Source: Catajapyx aquilonaris (Eukaryota). From it: DNA of 58,110 nucleotides. Positions 1 to 12,700 of this stretch are shown piece by piece. Each line of letters begins with the position of its first letter. The stretch's first letter is position 1. Made by a program: the position numbers and the translations under genes. The stretch covers positions 1 to 58,110 of the forward strand of contig JYFJ02002384.1 in NCBI GenBank assembly GCA_000934665.2. Direction: 5' to 3'. The notes under the pieces were generated by a model. It did no database searches and was not told the DNA's origin. It saw only the letters and a program-made list of their open reading frames with translations.

Positions 1-2847
1 ACCGTCTCTATCCTACACTGCAACTCCTATTGGCGACCTATCGGCCTCAATTTCTCTAGGTGACCCTCTCCAATCGTGATTCAAATCCTTTCTCGTGCCA
101 TACATCCTGGAATAAACCATCTGATTTTTTTCGACCCAAAAAAGTGATAAGTACACATCCTGAACCAAACCGAGCGGCACATACTGTTTAACGCTTGAAC
201 AATAATTACGTGGTACCGCTACAGCTGAATCAACAAACAATCCAACAATATTCTTACGGCAGGTGGCGTACAGCATCCTGCGTTGTGGATCGATGAATTA
301 TGGAAAGTGAGCTACGCAACAATTAAACAATAAAAAAATGTTAAATTGAAGCATATTGACCGTGTTCATCAGGAAACAACATTGTGCTCGGCCTGTAAAC
401 TCGCAGCATTTACTGATAATGTTTGCAATTCATGAAAATTGCCACAAATTTGCCACCGCCGTAGAGGATAAACATTCCAACCTGCGCTACTGTTTCAGAG
501 AGGGGGGGGGGGAAAGTTGATTAATCTATGATTGTCGGTTGATTATGAACAGCAGAGCATAGCCCCAGGTGGTCGCATAAACTGCGCTGATTATTTCTCA
601 CTCTACGCGAAAATTGTGCTCCTGCCAGAAAGTCGTTATTCTGGCATTTCATTGCTCAACTTTATGTATATGCTCTGCGCCGACTTCCCCCAGAGTATTT
701 TTTAAAATAATTAAATTCTACCATTCTCAGGGCAAGAAATTTGACTAACACCAATGATATTATCTGTGGACTACACTGCAGGTTTGAATCCGCCAACAAT
801 TCGGGCCTCATTGTGCCCCGCAGGCCAATGAACGTTATTGTGGCTTTGCCAACACCAGAATATTGCACTATGGCAGACAAACCTATAATATTAACTCACT
901 AATCACTTTTTGTACAGGTGTCAGTCGATCGGCCGGAATAATTATTTTCATAATTTCCTGATTTGTACTGAGACCTATAATATGTCGTTTCTATATAGGA
1001 ATTAAATTATGTCGGAATTATTGGAACGAAATAAAATAGGCTCTTGGGTCGACTACCAGCTAGCATTTGGACTTATGGTATATTCAGCAAAATTCATTCC
1101 GCTTCCCTTCACTCATTCCTTTCTTTATATCCCCTTGGTATCCAGGCGGCACGTGCACAGAATTGTACCATCCCAAAAAAGGGGACTAGGAGGATATGCT
1201 GCCTTTCCCTTTCCTCCCACCAAAGTCCATCCAAAGAGCACTATATAATCCTGTTTTCCATGACCTTTGTCCTCTGGGAATTCCGACGTAAAGAACTACA
1301 GACCCACACTGTCTTAAAAGAAAAAGAAAAATCACGTGCTTGTATATGAAAATTTCTGCTTATTGACAGACGTTAATAACAAACTAATAATTAAGCTAAA
1401 ATAAGTTATTGCAGTTTCATGCTGGCTGCGTGTCATGGCGATCAGAATTTCATCTCACATTCTCCCAATAGCCTTTGTTGTCCAGAGGCGATGTGATTAA
1501 GCTTGCAATTAGTGAGGACAATCGTGGCGTTATTTCCTGCGGGAACTGGTTGGACCCAGCAGCACCAAAGGCGAAAATCAAGAGTATAACCTAAGGATGT
1601 TATTGATTTATAGAGAGAGGGACGATTTTTGGCCATTGGATCATGCGTCGGCCTTGCCAATACCTCCTCTCTACCTGATCGGTATTCCCTTCAACTGCAG
1701 CCTGACTGTTCTCAACATTTTTCGCCCTGCTTCCGCAGGTTTTTGGGCCCAGACCAAAAAAGCAGTAACCGAGAGAGAGAGAAAGAGAAAAAAAAGGTCT
1801 TGCTTGCAGGAGACCATTATCAAAAAGAGCTGCTTTTCTAGCGAACGTGACAAGTGTTTTCATAAATCTACTTATGCGTATAGTGAGGAGAAAACGAGGT
1901 TACATGTGGTCAGCAAATTCAGACTTATTAACTTCCTAAATGGGTTAGTTATATTTATGTGCGCTTCAAGTGTCACAGTTGGTTCGAGAAAGTTTGGAAC
2001 AAACTGAAATGAGCTGGTACTTACAGATTTGTCACTTGTTGCCTCGATGAACGTTATGATATGAAAGTCGTCATTCCTGTCACACCCTGTGAATAAAAAA
2101 TGCACTGTTTTTTTAAAGCTGTCACGAAAGAAAGTTTCGATGAAAAACCATTGCTCGTGTCAACACAGTAATTGTTTTTAACCTCAACCCAAAACTTTCG
2201 GTTTTAAAGCTCTGCGAATTTCCCCGGGACTTTTGTAGCATTTCTTATTCCTTTTTTTGCCAGAATAATGGCCTCCTCTTGTTATGGAAGTATCAAATAA
2301 CTAACGTGCTTTTGGAGCAGCAATATAATGATGTGTTTCACTACAAAAATGCGCCTGACTTCCTAACAAAACAAAATACTTTTGGCCTATAATATCACAT
2401 ACCCCAACCCCAGAAAGAGACATTAGACGCTTGTACTTTCTGGAGGGAAAAAAACACTGTAAAAAAAAACAATAGCTATTTTAGGAGAAGGCTAACAAGA
2501 TGTTTTGTGTTCAGCCTTGTTACTGCCTTTTGGTCATAGTTACCTTGAATAAAATATTACAACTGGTACTTCGCGTACTATTCATAACTCCATGTGAATA
2601 AAAAATTACTTCCCAACACCCTGTTGCTCATCAGTTTGATAAATAATGAGTTCAGCCCATCAGAAACTGTGTCACTTACCTAAATTATACTCTCCCTCAA
2701 TATACTGTATACCCCGTGAAAAGCCTATATTACTGATATTTTCAAAAATAATTTTACCTGCAAACTAGGTACAGCATTGAATTTATTTGATCAAAACTTT
2801 CTGCAGCAAAGTAGTCTTTACAATCACTACAACCTACAGCAAATTAT

Positions 2848-2925
2848 AATTAGCAGCCGAGCCGAGCGGCTTGCTGAAAATGAATATAACTTGTAGTATA
2901 CGTATATATGTACGGCACAAAATTT
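2848..2925 (+). mobile_element. Possible Helentron/HINE-like 5' end remnant
   Basis: aattAGCAGCCG-agccgag-CGGCTTGCT hairpin followed by a short (GTAT/GTAC)-like repeat, the layout of DINE-1/HINE elements. The 3' end was not found. Confidence 0.25.
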
Positions 2926-5900
2926 ATGAAATAAATATTGGCCCCGCAACTGCGGCAAAGTTTGAAGTGGATTTAATACCCGGCATTCTCATAATAAGGT
3001 TCACTAATTACGTAGCTGGAAACCAGTTGATTCCGCCAGAGTCGTCAGCTCATGCAAAACAGGCACAAACTTTAATTCCGTCTCCCAACTACTCATTAAA
3101 TGTATCAATATTTGGCGGAGTAATAACACACCTCGTTAGTGCATGTAATTATTTCCGGCGACAATGCAAACTCCCCCTGTCAGACTTTAATTCAAAATTC
3201 GCAATTATTTTTTTTTTGCGCAAATTGCCATATCTTTAATGCGCTTTAGCAGCAGCCAGCTATACACAAAGAATCTTACTCAACACCTAGGAAGCGGCTA
3301 GGAAAGGGAGGTGGGGGGTAATTAAAATTTGAAACTCCAATTTGTATGCTCAGAACAGCGTAATAATTGGAGATTATACAACTTGGACAATCATTGAGAA
3401 TTTCCGCAGAGCACTCGGCGGCTGGCGGGTTGATAACCGTATAAACTTTGTCTCAAAATCCGGAGAACCTGCTGGGCAAACTTTGAATTCTTTCCGTCAG
3501 ATGTGTCACGAAATTTATCGGATCTTACCTGCTGAACGTGTCCGAAACATGTTTTTTTTTGGGATGCTATTACGCGAATAATTTGGACTCCAGCCAAGCT
3601 TTAATTAGCTGATTCCCTCTGTGCAGGGCCTAATTTGCCACTCCCCCCTCCTCCTAAAAAAAATTCAGTGTGAAAGATGGCGGCCAAATTTCCTAGTTGC
3701 CTGTACCTGCAGGAGGTCTGGCCGATTTCATCCGTCACACCCAGCAAGCAGCACATATGCTGATGATATTGCCGAGCAAACTTGGCAGCCCCACGGAAAC
3801 GCTCGTTCTCATTTTGTTCCGTGCTCTACTACTACGGCTCCTTTATTATCGCCACCGGACGACCCCCTAGCTATTTCCTGCAGCAAATGTTCTCTCTCTG
3901 GACTGCACACCCTCCAAGCTTAAAAACCTCACATGAAAATGTTCGTCACAAGTTGCACTGCATCCGACACAATTTGTGTCATCGAAATTTCATAAAAATC
4001 GATCTACTGGTATCGATGTATTAAAAATCGATTTTTATGTCCATACCTGTGTTGTCCCCACAAATTACCGCCTACATGTTACATCCTCAGTCCTGTTATA
4101 ATACACACCTGAGACTGGAACAATACCAACAACCTAAGAGGCATATTGCGCTGGAGGGGAAATAAAACAGGTGCGCGTGAGAAGCATGAGACATCACGCT
4201 TTCAACCTTTTTGCAGATGGGGGCACGTAACGGTATATCTCGGAGATGCTCAAGGTCTCATTTTCTGACTAGTTTGAAGGAAGGGAAGAAGAATATTTCC
4301 AGATATATTCCTGAAGATGCAGGCTCTCTTTTGTAAGGAGTCTGTCGAGGAAGAACGTTTCCATCCTCAGTTTTTCGCAGACCTGTGCCGTCAATCTTGC
4401 TTTGCAGATGAGCTTTCCATGTCGTGTTACCTGACACCGCCCCAAATCTTTCTGGAACACTGCGTTTTTCACTTCCCACAGAAAAGCACGCTTTACATCT
4501 ATCGCCGTCTTGCTAACAATCACGTTACACTATGAATGTCCATTATTTAAGCACCGGTATGGTCCCGTTGCACCGTTCATCAGGTCAACACCTTACCTAG
4601 ATCCAATCGCAATTTTGTAACGTTTCATCATTACCATATACCTTTTGTTCTACTCTGTCCAACTCCCAAAACAGGGCGTAATTTACCCCTCGTTTCGGGG
4701 CATGCCAAACAAGGCGTTGATTACTAAGCTAATGGCCAGCGGGATAGCAAGAGACATGGAGTACTGGAGGTGTATTTGCATACCCTGGGAGGAGTAAGCA
4801 GCAAGGACAGCTCTATCAATTGGGACAGAAGCCACCGGACAGTCACTGACCTAATTGGTTTCCGCCTCTTTGTGATTCCTCTCTTTCCGGATCCGCCGGA
4901 ATTAAAGCCACGCTCACCACACAATCTCCCATCAATTCAAATGGACCGGTAAATTATGTCCCATTATACAGTCCGTTAATTCCGCCATACCCAGATTCAA
5001 CCCACCAGATCGCGGTTCCAACGCTCCCCGATTTTTTGGGGTGGTTCTCCTGAAAAAAAAAAATTCTTGCACGACACTGATTCCACACTGACAAAAATAT
5101 TCCACACACACTCGGAAACAAAGGAAGGAAGTTGGCGATTTTTTTTCTCTCTCTACTTCTTCCTTGCCTCTTTCTCACACTGAATTCGCCGCACATATTG
5201 GTTAGGACGAACCTGCCGAGGTTGGGAACCATAAAGGAAATGCTCACGTCAGCATTCTCTGTTGGTTTTTTTTACTACATCCGGCATACAGTCCACATGT
5301 CCACCACTTCTTAAGTGTAGTACCCTACAGATTTGATGAAGTACAGCACCGGCCAATTCGCATTTTTGAAAACTCCAACCCCAAGTTTTGGTGTATATTA
5401 TCCAACGAGCATACTTATAGAGCCCGGGTTGCGTTACAAAGGCAAACTAGAAACCCAAGCTTTGAAACTCGGTCAAAACAATGCTCAAGAGAGGTAGTGG
5501 GGGGCTATAACGCTACTACTCCAGCCCATAGCACCACTTTCTTTTCGGAGGGGGGGAGGCCCGGGCTCGTCTCCGGAAGAGTGCTGCTACTCCAAAACTT
5601 AATCATGCAAAGTCTCGCCCCCCCCTCCATGTTAGCCGTGTCCAATTTAGACCCAGGCTCATTTGCACAGCCGACGGGTTTAGCCTGGCTGCTAGGCCTA
5701 TTAGAAGGCCTCCAGCTAATGGGGCTCATCCCAACACCAACCACTACCATATGTAACTGCTCATCCTGTCCCGTGTCCTGTGTCAACTTTGCCTGCCGGG
5801 CTCTCTCTCCATCGAGGGGAAAAGATGGCTCTTCTGGGACCTCTGGTGCTCGGATTGTTCCCGGAGATTGTTGACACGGAGAGCAGCGCCAGAGGGAGAG

Positions 5901-8900
5901 AGGCGTGAATATCGCGACGCCCGCGACGCCCCCCCCCGATGCNCCCCCCCTGCCCAGAGGTCCACATAAAAGCAGCATGCCAGTCTCCATTAAAGTGCAC
6001 TAATCTCCGTATCTGGCGCTCTTCAAATGGCGGACACTCGTTTGGCAGGATAAGTTTGAGCAGGTTAGGACCTACATTATGAGAATATGAGGTCAAAGGT
6101 CGCCACACGCAAGAAGAACGCGCAATTTATCCTAGAGTACCTGAATGTGTATATCCAGTTGGGAAATGCCTATCTCGCCTGGAAGTTTCCGGATTTACGA
6201 TCGAGCTTACCCCGCCAGCGGTTTTGGCCAGTTTCCGGATTCAGTCGCTCCTCCCTTCCACCACAAGTTGAAGGACAATTAAATGTACCCCAGGGGTCAC
6301 TGCCTCGTTCCCTCGATAAATGCAATTCAATTGAAGCGAGATATGAAGTTCCAGCATTTAGCTCGGGAGAACTGAGCCCCTCATTTCTATACGGGAGCAA
6401 AATATTCCAAATCCCATAAGAATGTATTGAGGAGCTCCTCCGCCCATTACTCATGCGCAGGACGTGGACCACTAGGAAGAGTCGCGGTAACAACAATATG
6501 TGGCGGCCATACAACGAAGGATTTTAATTACGAAGATATTTTCCATCACGCTTCTAGCAATTTTGACACTTATGCGTGCATTTTGCTGCAAAGTGCTAAA
6601 TGATCCTGTATGGCCTCCTTTTTCCATTGTCATTTCTGATCCTCAGCGCAAACAATGAGGCTATTCGCTTACATGCACTGACAGCCGGGTGTGGCCATTT
6701 TAGATCCATGGCCTGTGACAAAAAAAGTGTGACTAAAGTGAGAAAATGTAGTGAGACCGACGACGTTATGTCAGGATGACCTCCTCTTCCTTTTTGCACT
6801 AGCTCCTCTCTTTTTTTTGCGATCCGGAATCATGTCAGGCAGCGGCCATTTTCTAAAGAGTAATGGATTACCCGTAAATCTAAATTTAACGCGGGTGTCG
6901 TCCTGGGTAACATCCAGCGCTCTGTATCTGTCGGGCAAACTTGATCTGAAGGACAACCGAGTAGGGGTTACTCAGATCGTGTTAACAGCAGGACAGGAGT
7001 TAATGATCCTAAATTACCATACAACTTTCATGGTCAGACCCGTGCGAGTCAGTAAAAAAAACTACGCAAAAATTCTAATAAGGGAGAGAGCAAGTGAGGT
7101 TAGTTTTATGAACTTTCATACGCTGAGCAGAGCAGCACGCAAGACAATGGCACGCCAGTATGTTGCCTTGGATAAAGTTTGCAAATTTTGTTCCAATTTA
7201 CCAATTTTCTACACTTTATGGTCCTTCGTGAGGAGGCACAGCAGTCCATCAAAAAACATACTTTGAATAACATGGACCCTTCTCTCTTTGAATATTTAAT
7301 TTACAAATGAATTTTTCAATGCAACTATCCTCATCTTTGACATCACTCTGATGAGTCAATATCCTTATTTCCCAATTGTAATTAAAAGTCCTTGGAATAA
7401 TTTACCTTATGGTTATTGCTTGGGTACTTCCGAGTGATGTCGTGAGTTCACGTGTTTTATGATGTCTTCTCGCATAAAAATACCCGCCAGAGAGACGTGG
7501 TACATGTCGCACAAAAGGCCACAGTGGCGCAATGCCCCACCGAGAAAGGCCACATATCATCACAAAGGACAACAAACACGAATTATTCAGCACGTATAAA
7601 AATAACTTCCAAAAGTACACGACTCGTATCCTTACTGTACGTAAAAATAGTTTTCCTGCTGAATTGCCTTATTATTTGTCACAATTTTGAAACCAACCTG
7701 CTTCTTATTAGCCTCAGCAATTGACATTTTTTTAATATATCTATATAAGAACCTCGAAATAATTGCTATTGATAAGCCCATCAGGTTCAGTAAAAGCAAT
7801 CCTGTTAATCACTGCAGGGCGTCTGGCCTGGAAACAAACTGTTCGACCCTCAGATGCCATCTGTCACATGTGTTTCATTCCCAATGAGTAAACTCAAGTC
7901 GGAAAGGATATCATCGGTGAGGTTAATACATGCCTTAAAAATTACTACTCGCACAAAATATTGGTAAAAGATGCTGAACTTCTTATAGACAGTCACCAGA
8001 AGTTTCAAAATTTTGATGACCTATATAGACCCAGTAAAGTGTGAACCATCCATTTTTTCTGTGTTATTAATTGCTCGTCACACAATTGCAAGCAATGAAA
8101 GCGCCTTTCAAAACTCCAATTGATCGATCCAAATCATGTCATTTTCTCTTTTCATTCATAGTTCATTTATCACGTCATTCCGCTGTGAAAGGAAGTAATC
8201 AGCGATGATACAGGCGAGACGCAAGTTAATCTACAAACATGACATTTACTAGCAGGTGAACATCCATTGCGAACTTAAACTTGACAGAACCTGACAATCG
8301 GCTGCGCAACACCCCCTGCATTAATAAACAATCCGATTAATTACGTCAGCTCTTTCATGAACAGCCAATTATTGCTGTCCATCATTCCAATCGTTACATT
8401 ACCTCCACATAAAATTATTCGTCATGGCTGCGCAAAGAACAGCAAAAACAACGCTCCTGTGTATTGAAAACAAACGTGGCGAGCATAATGAGGCAGTCTA
8501 TGGAAATGTGGAACACTCGCCGGATTATTGGTGCACAACACACATCAACCCTTATTACCCTCCGCAATTGGAGCAGCAGCCATTGTATGTAAGCAGCCAA
8601 CAAGAGTGAAGATTCTTCTTTTTTTTCGGTCCACGTCTTTTTTTTCCAACGTTGTCAGTATAACCCTGCCCAGTGTATCGCGCCATATAGTCTACAGAGG
8701 CTGGCGATGAAATAATAGGGAGCCGGCCGACGGTTCAACTCCCAGCCCATTTATTACACGATACATAAGGGGATATTAGCATAGTAGTTAGCCGGGGAAT
8801 CCCTGCAGCTTTTGTTCCCCAGCCTTTGAGGTTGTAAGCTCATCAGCATGAGCGTTTCAATGGCGCTCGATGGATAACACATACAGAAAGGACGGACCCA

Positions 8901-9616
8901 ATTTTTTGGGCGACACATTTATGTATTTTATCATGATATTGCTACCTACTGATTAATGTTAATTATACCTTGCCATTGGCAACTGGGAAGTTTTCCGGTT
9001 GCATTATGGGAACATCCATGTGTGTCACTGGTGCTCAGTTTCTTCATATATGGCAGTTGACCTACAGTTGCCCCTAAATTGCGGAAAGCCATGCTAATAA
9101 ACCCAAAGTGAGACCGTCTACATGCAGTACACATTGGCGATTGCATTGCACGCCAAAAACCGGTTTCGAACTGATGCGATAATTCGTATTCATGCTCACG
9201 CACTCTGCGTGTGCCAACGCAATACCCTGCTCGTATAAGGAGGATGAGTCCGTATTTGCAAAAAAAAAAAAAAAAAAAAAAAAAANCCTCCACCCCCATT
9301 ATCCAGAAACCGCCCATCCCATATATCCAGCATGACTTACTGCTTATTCCGCGTCCTTCTCTATATAGGGAGAAAGAATTATGGCATACTATATGCCAGT
9401 CCCCCCCCCCCCCCCTTTTCTCAAGGCATCATCATAATGCGAAAAATGGCAGTGTCCCTTTCCGGTTCTAAAAGGAATATGTCACCATCAGCTGCACCGA
9501 GATTCCATAATGTAGGCCCTCCCCACAACGTCCTAGGATGATGGTCCATTTGTGGAGACTGCTGCCAGAAGCAGTGGTGTTAAGACTTACTGATCTGGAA
9601 ACCAGAATTATATACA

Positions 9617-9780
9617 TACAGGGTGAAGGCTATATTTGCGCAAAGAAAAACAATTATTTAAAGCAGCCATGTTTTATGCAAAATCTGGGAAGGAAAAATC
9701 AGTAGATGGCGCATGCTGCTTACTTCCGAAATTCTGCGGCACGACATGACGGAGGCGTTTTAATAACAGGATATTCCGTT
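9617..9780. mobile_element. Decayed Tc1/mariner-type end carrying a CTCF-like motif
   Basis: TACAGGGTG terminus at 9617 and TCAGTAGATGGCGC at 9699-9712. The right boundary is uncertain. Similar orphan TACAGGGTG/CACCCTGTA ends lie near 21589, 27330, 30535 and 47676. Confidence 0.4.
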
Positions 9781-12700
9781 TGTGGATTTGAACAGTTTCT
9801 TGTATAAAGATGACCAGTCCGATCCGAATGGGTCAAAAGACGGCGACGGTACCAAAATAAATATATATAAAAAAGAAAAGTTCCTGTGACGAGAGAAGCG
9901 GCGCAAGTCCTCTCATCCGACTCTATACATCGTGGACCAGCAGCAGGCCTCTCACGCTCAATAAAAACGAGCCTGGGGACAAGAGAGGCCAGTTGGACAA
10001 GCCTAAGGTAAAAACGCTTCCAGCTTTATACGTTTCTTTATGGCTGTCCTTTTATTGGTGCTCTCCAAGATATTTTTCAAGCATCCACGTACACAATGGC
10101 ACTGCATTTCCGGTCCTTCCACCAATCCCCCCATGTTACGGGTCCTCTCCCTTTTTCCCTCTCAGAGAAGTGTATATATTTGCGATGTTATTACATCCCC
10201 TCCATCAACCTTTTGTAACAAGGTACGCCCGAGGTATGGAATAACGAAAAGGTCCAAATTCCACTGGCAGTGAAGGGAGAGACATCCAGATTGTGTGCTT
10301 GGATGGGTATAACGCGCCAGTGCTGAGGATCATAAAAATATATTGATTGCTAACTTTTAATCTATACCTATATATGACATAACTTACCACTATTACAAAA
10401 AAAAGTACTAGGCTACTGAATTAGTAATTTTTTCGAATGTTACAGCTCGATTTTGCATGCAAAAGGTGTTTGTAGGTTCTTCAAGATTGCGAAAGTACAT
10501 GTGGCATGATGGCTTCATTATTTATGATGTTGACGAGTGCTAAACGGGGAAAAATACTATCTTGATTGTGGATTGGCCTGCAGGTGCATACAACTCACGT
10601 GTTAAGCAAGAGGAAAAGCCTTATACAGTACATCAGGTGTAGGCCGTTATTGCGAGATGAGCCATAGAGCCTACAAGTTTGTTAGAGAATGTAAGAGGAT
10701 GCAATTACTGTGCACAAACCTGCAAAATAATTATCAGCAGTGACTAAGACTTCACCTGTATTATACAAAATATAACAGCAAATTTTCCTGCACAGTGCAA
10801 ATTGCGATCCGGTTCGCTTGTCTCCGGCTCGTACAAGCTATAAATGAGCTTAAAATGCGAATAACTACCGACCTATGAAAGTACGTCTAAGTTAACCTAA
10901 TCTTGTCTCTTCTCCGAAACAAGCCCCGCACTTCGACTCCCCCTCCCATTCTCATACAGCATATTAAATTCTTCATTTTAATCACGCCCTAATTGTTCAT
11001 CACTTGGCGCTAATCCGACGAGCGAAACAAGCGCCAACGATTTTCATGATTATTAATGAACTAGTCAACTTCCTCAGCAGAAAAGGGCTCGAACCCGAAA
11101 TGCTGAAATGCTTCGCCCCCCGTATAAAGCGAGATGGGGGGGCCCCCCAGTAATGAAAATTGCAAAACCCCCTTCCCCTGTATATAGTACAAAAGTCTCC
11201 AAGAGTTTGAGCTTCCTTCCGAGCCCACGAGCCCATCTTATGTCCGGAGGCCTGAAAAATAAATGCGGCCTCTTTCCCCCCCGCTGGAATCGAGGCATTC
11301 ATTACCAATTTACCATCTAAGGGAGAAGACAGAATGCAAGAAGTGCAAATCTTCATTATTGTCCAAAATGTGCGACTGCTTAAAGGTCACCTGATCTGCC
11401 ATACAAGGCCTACGTTTCCAGTCCTCTTTTTTTGCAATAGGGGTGTTTTATGGGCCATAAATCTAGTCCTTTCCAAAGAAACCCATAAAAAGTTCTATAT
11501 ACGAGAAAAAGAGGTGGGGGAGGGGAGGGGTTCTCTCTTTTCAAAAAAAAAAAATGTTGGAGGGATGGTTTATGGTTGAGCCAATCGTGGTGTAAGGTCC
11601 GGATTCGCGGGTATTTTCCTTTGGCAAAAAAAAAAAACTTCCCACAATGCTTACTTTCAAGATCCAGGTACAGCTTCACGTATTTTTTAACGATACGACA
11701 CCAAATCCTTTTCTTATCACACCTTAACTTTCTCCAATCTGTTAGTGACAAGTACAAAACTGCTTCAAGATAAAAATTGGAGTATCCTTCAAGCTGTAGC
11801 TCGGGGTCATTATTTTGGCGAAATACTCAGCAGCTTGCGACATTCGCTTGACACGTGTCACCAATTTTAATGTCAAGTGATGTCAAAATAATTCCTGGGT
11901 CTGAAGACGGCAGCATGTCTCACGACATGTGACGCAAAATATTTTACATATCGAGTTAGTTGCAACAATGTTTTAGCCTAGCAATATTTCTGCTCTAATT
12001 ACATTCTATACATGCACTAGTTTATGCGGAACCTTATTATGAACTGGATTCATAATTAATCAGATATTTTAATTTTGCCTCATTAAAAACACACAGTGCT
12101 GTCTGTATGTTTTGAGTGGAATATAAAAATTGCCAGAGGACAAAAAGTTGTAAACAAGTTGCACCTGCCCGTAACTGAAAATAGCATTCACTTCCAACCC
12201 ATAAGTGTCATTCAACAAAATACGTAAATACATACCTTACCAATAGGGAAATGCAGCACTTCACTTGGAAGTAGGACAGAACAGAGATACACTTATATAT
12301 ATAAAAAAAAGTCATTGGTTTACGCTACACTACATACCGTATGTTTCATAATAATTAATCCGCTTACATCGTTATTACAATGCTATGTAAGTTCTCATGG
12401 TAGATTTCCGTCGAAAACAACACATATTGTAGCACATAAGCCGGCTTACACGCACTTGTACACTGCGGGCAGTAGGCGTGTCACGACTATTTAATTCCGG
12501 AGAGTTAAACACCCGTTTTGTATACACATTACGGCCTGCTTTTCACCGCGATTCACAACCTGTTGAATTCCGAGGTCACATCCAAATTTGCACCACTGAA
12601 ACTAATCACACTTCTCCACAACAACACATTGCCTTCAATGCAAAAAAAAGAGGATTCGCACGTCTACTTACTACAGTCCAGGGTCGCGGGATGGAACTAT

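Noticed and set aside
5497..6514. Cluster of overlapping 110-161 aa ORFs in a GC-rich island
   Set aside because: No recognisable domain, open on both strands, crosses an N in a homopolymer and has no consistent splice chain. It fits a regulatory island better.
7675..7705. Minus-strand WFQNC resembling homeodomain helix 3
   Set aside because: It is followed by DK and a stop, with no basic tail or upstream homeobox sequence.
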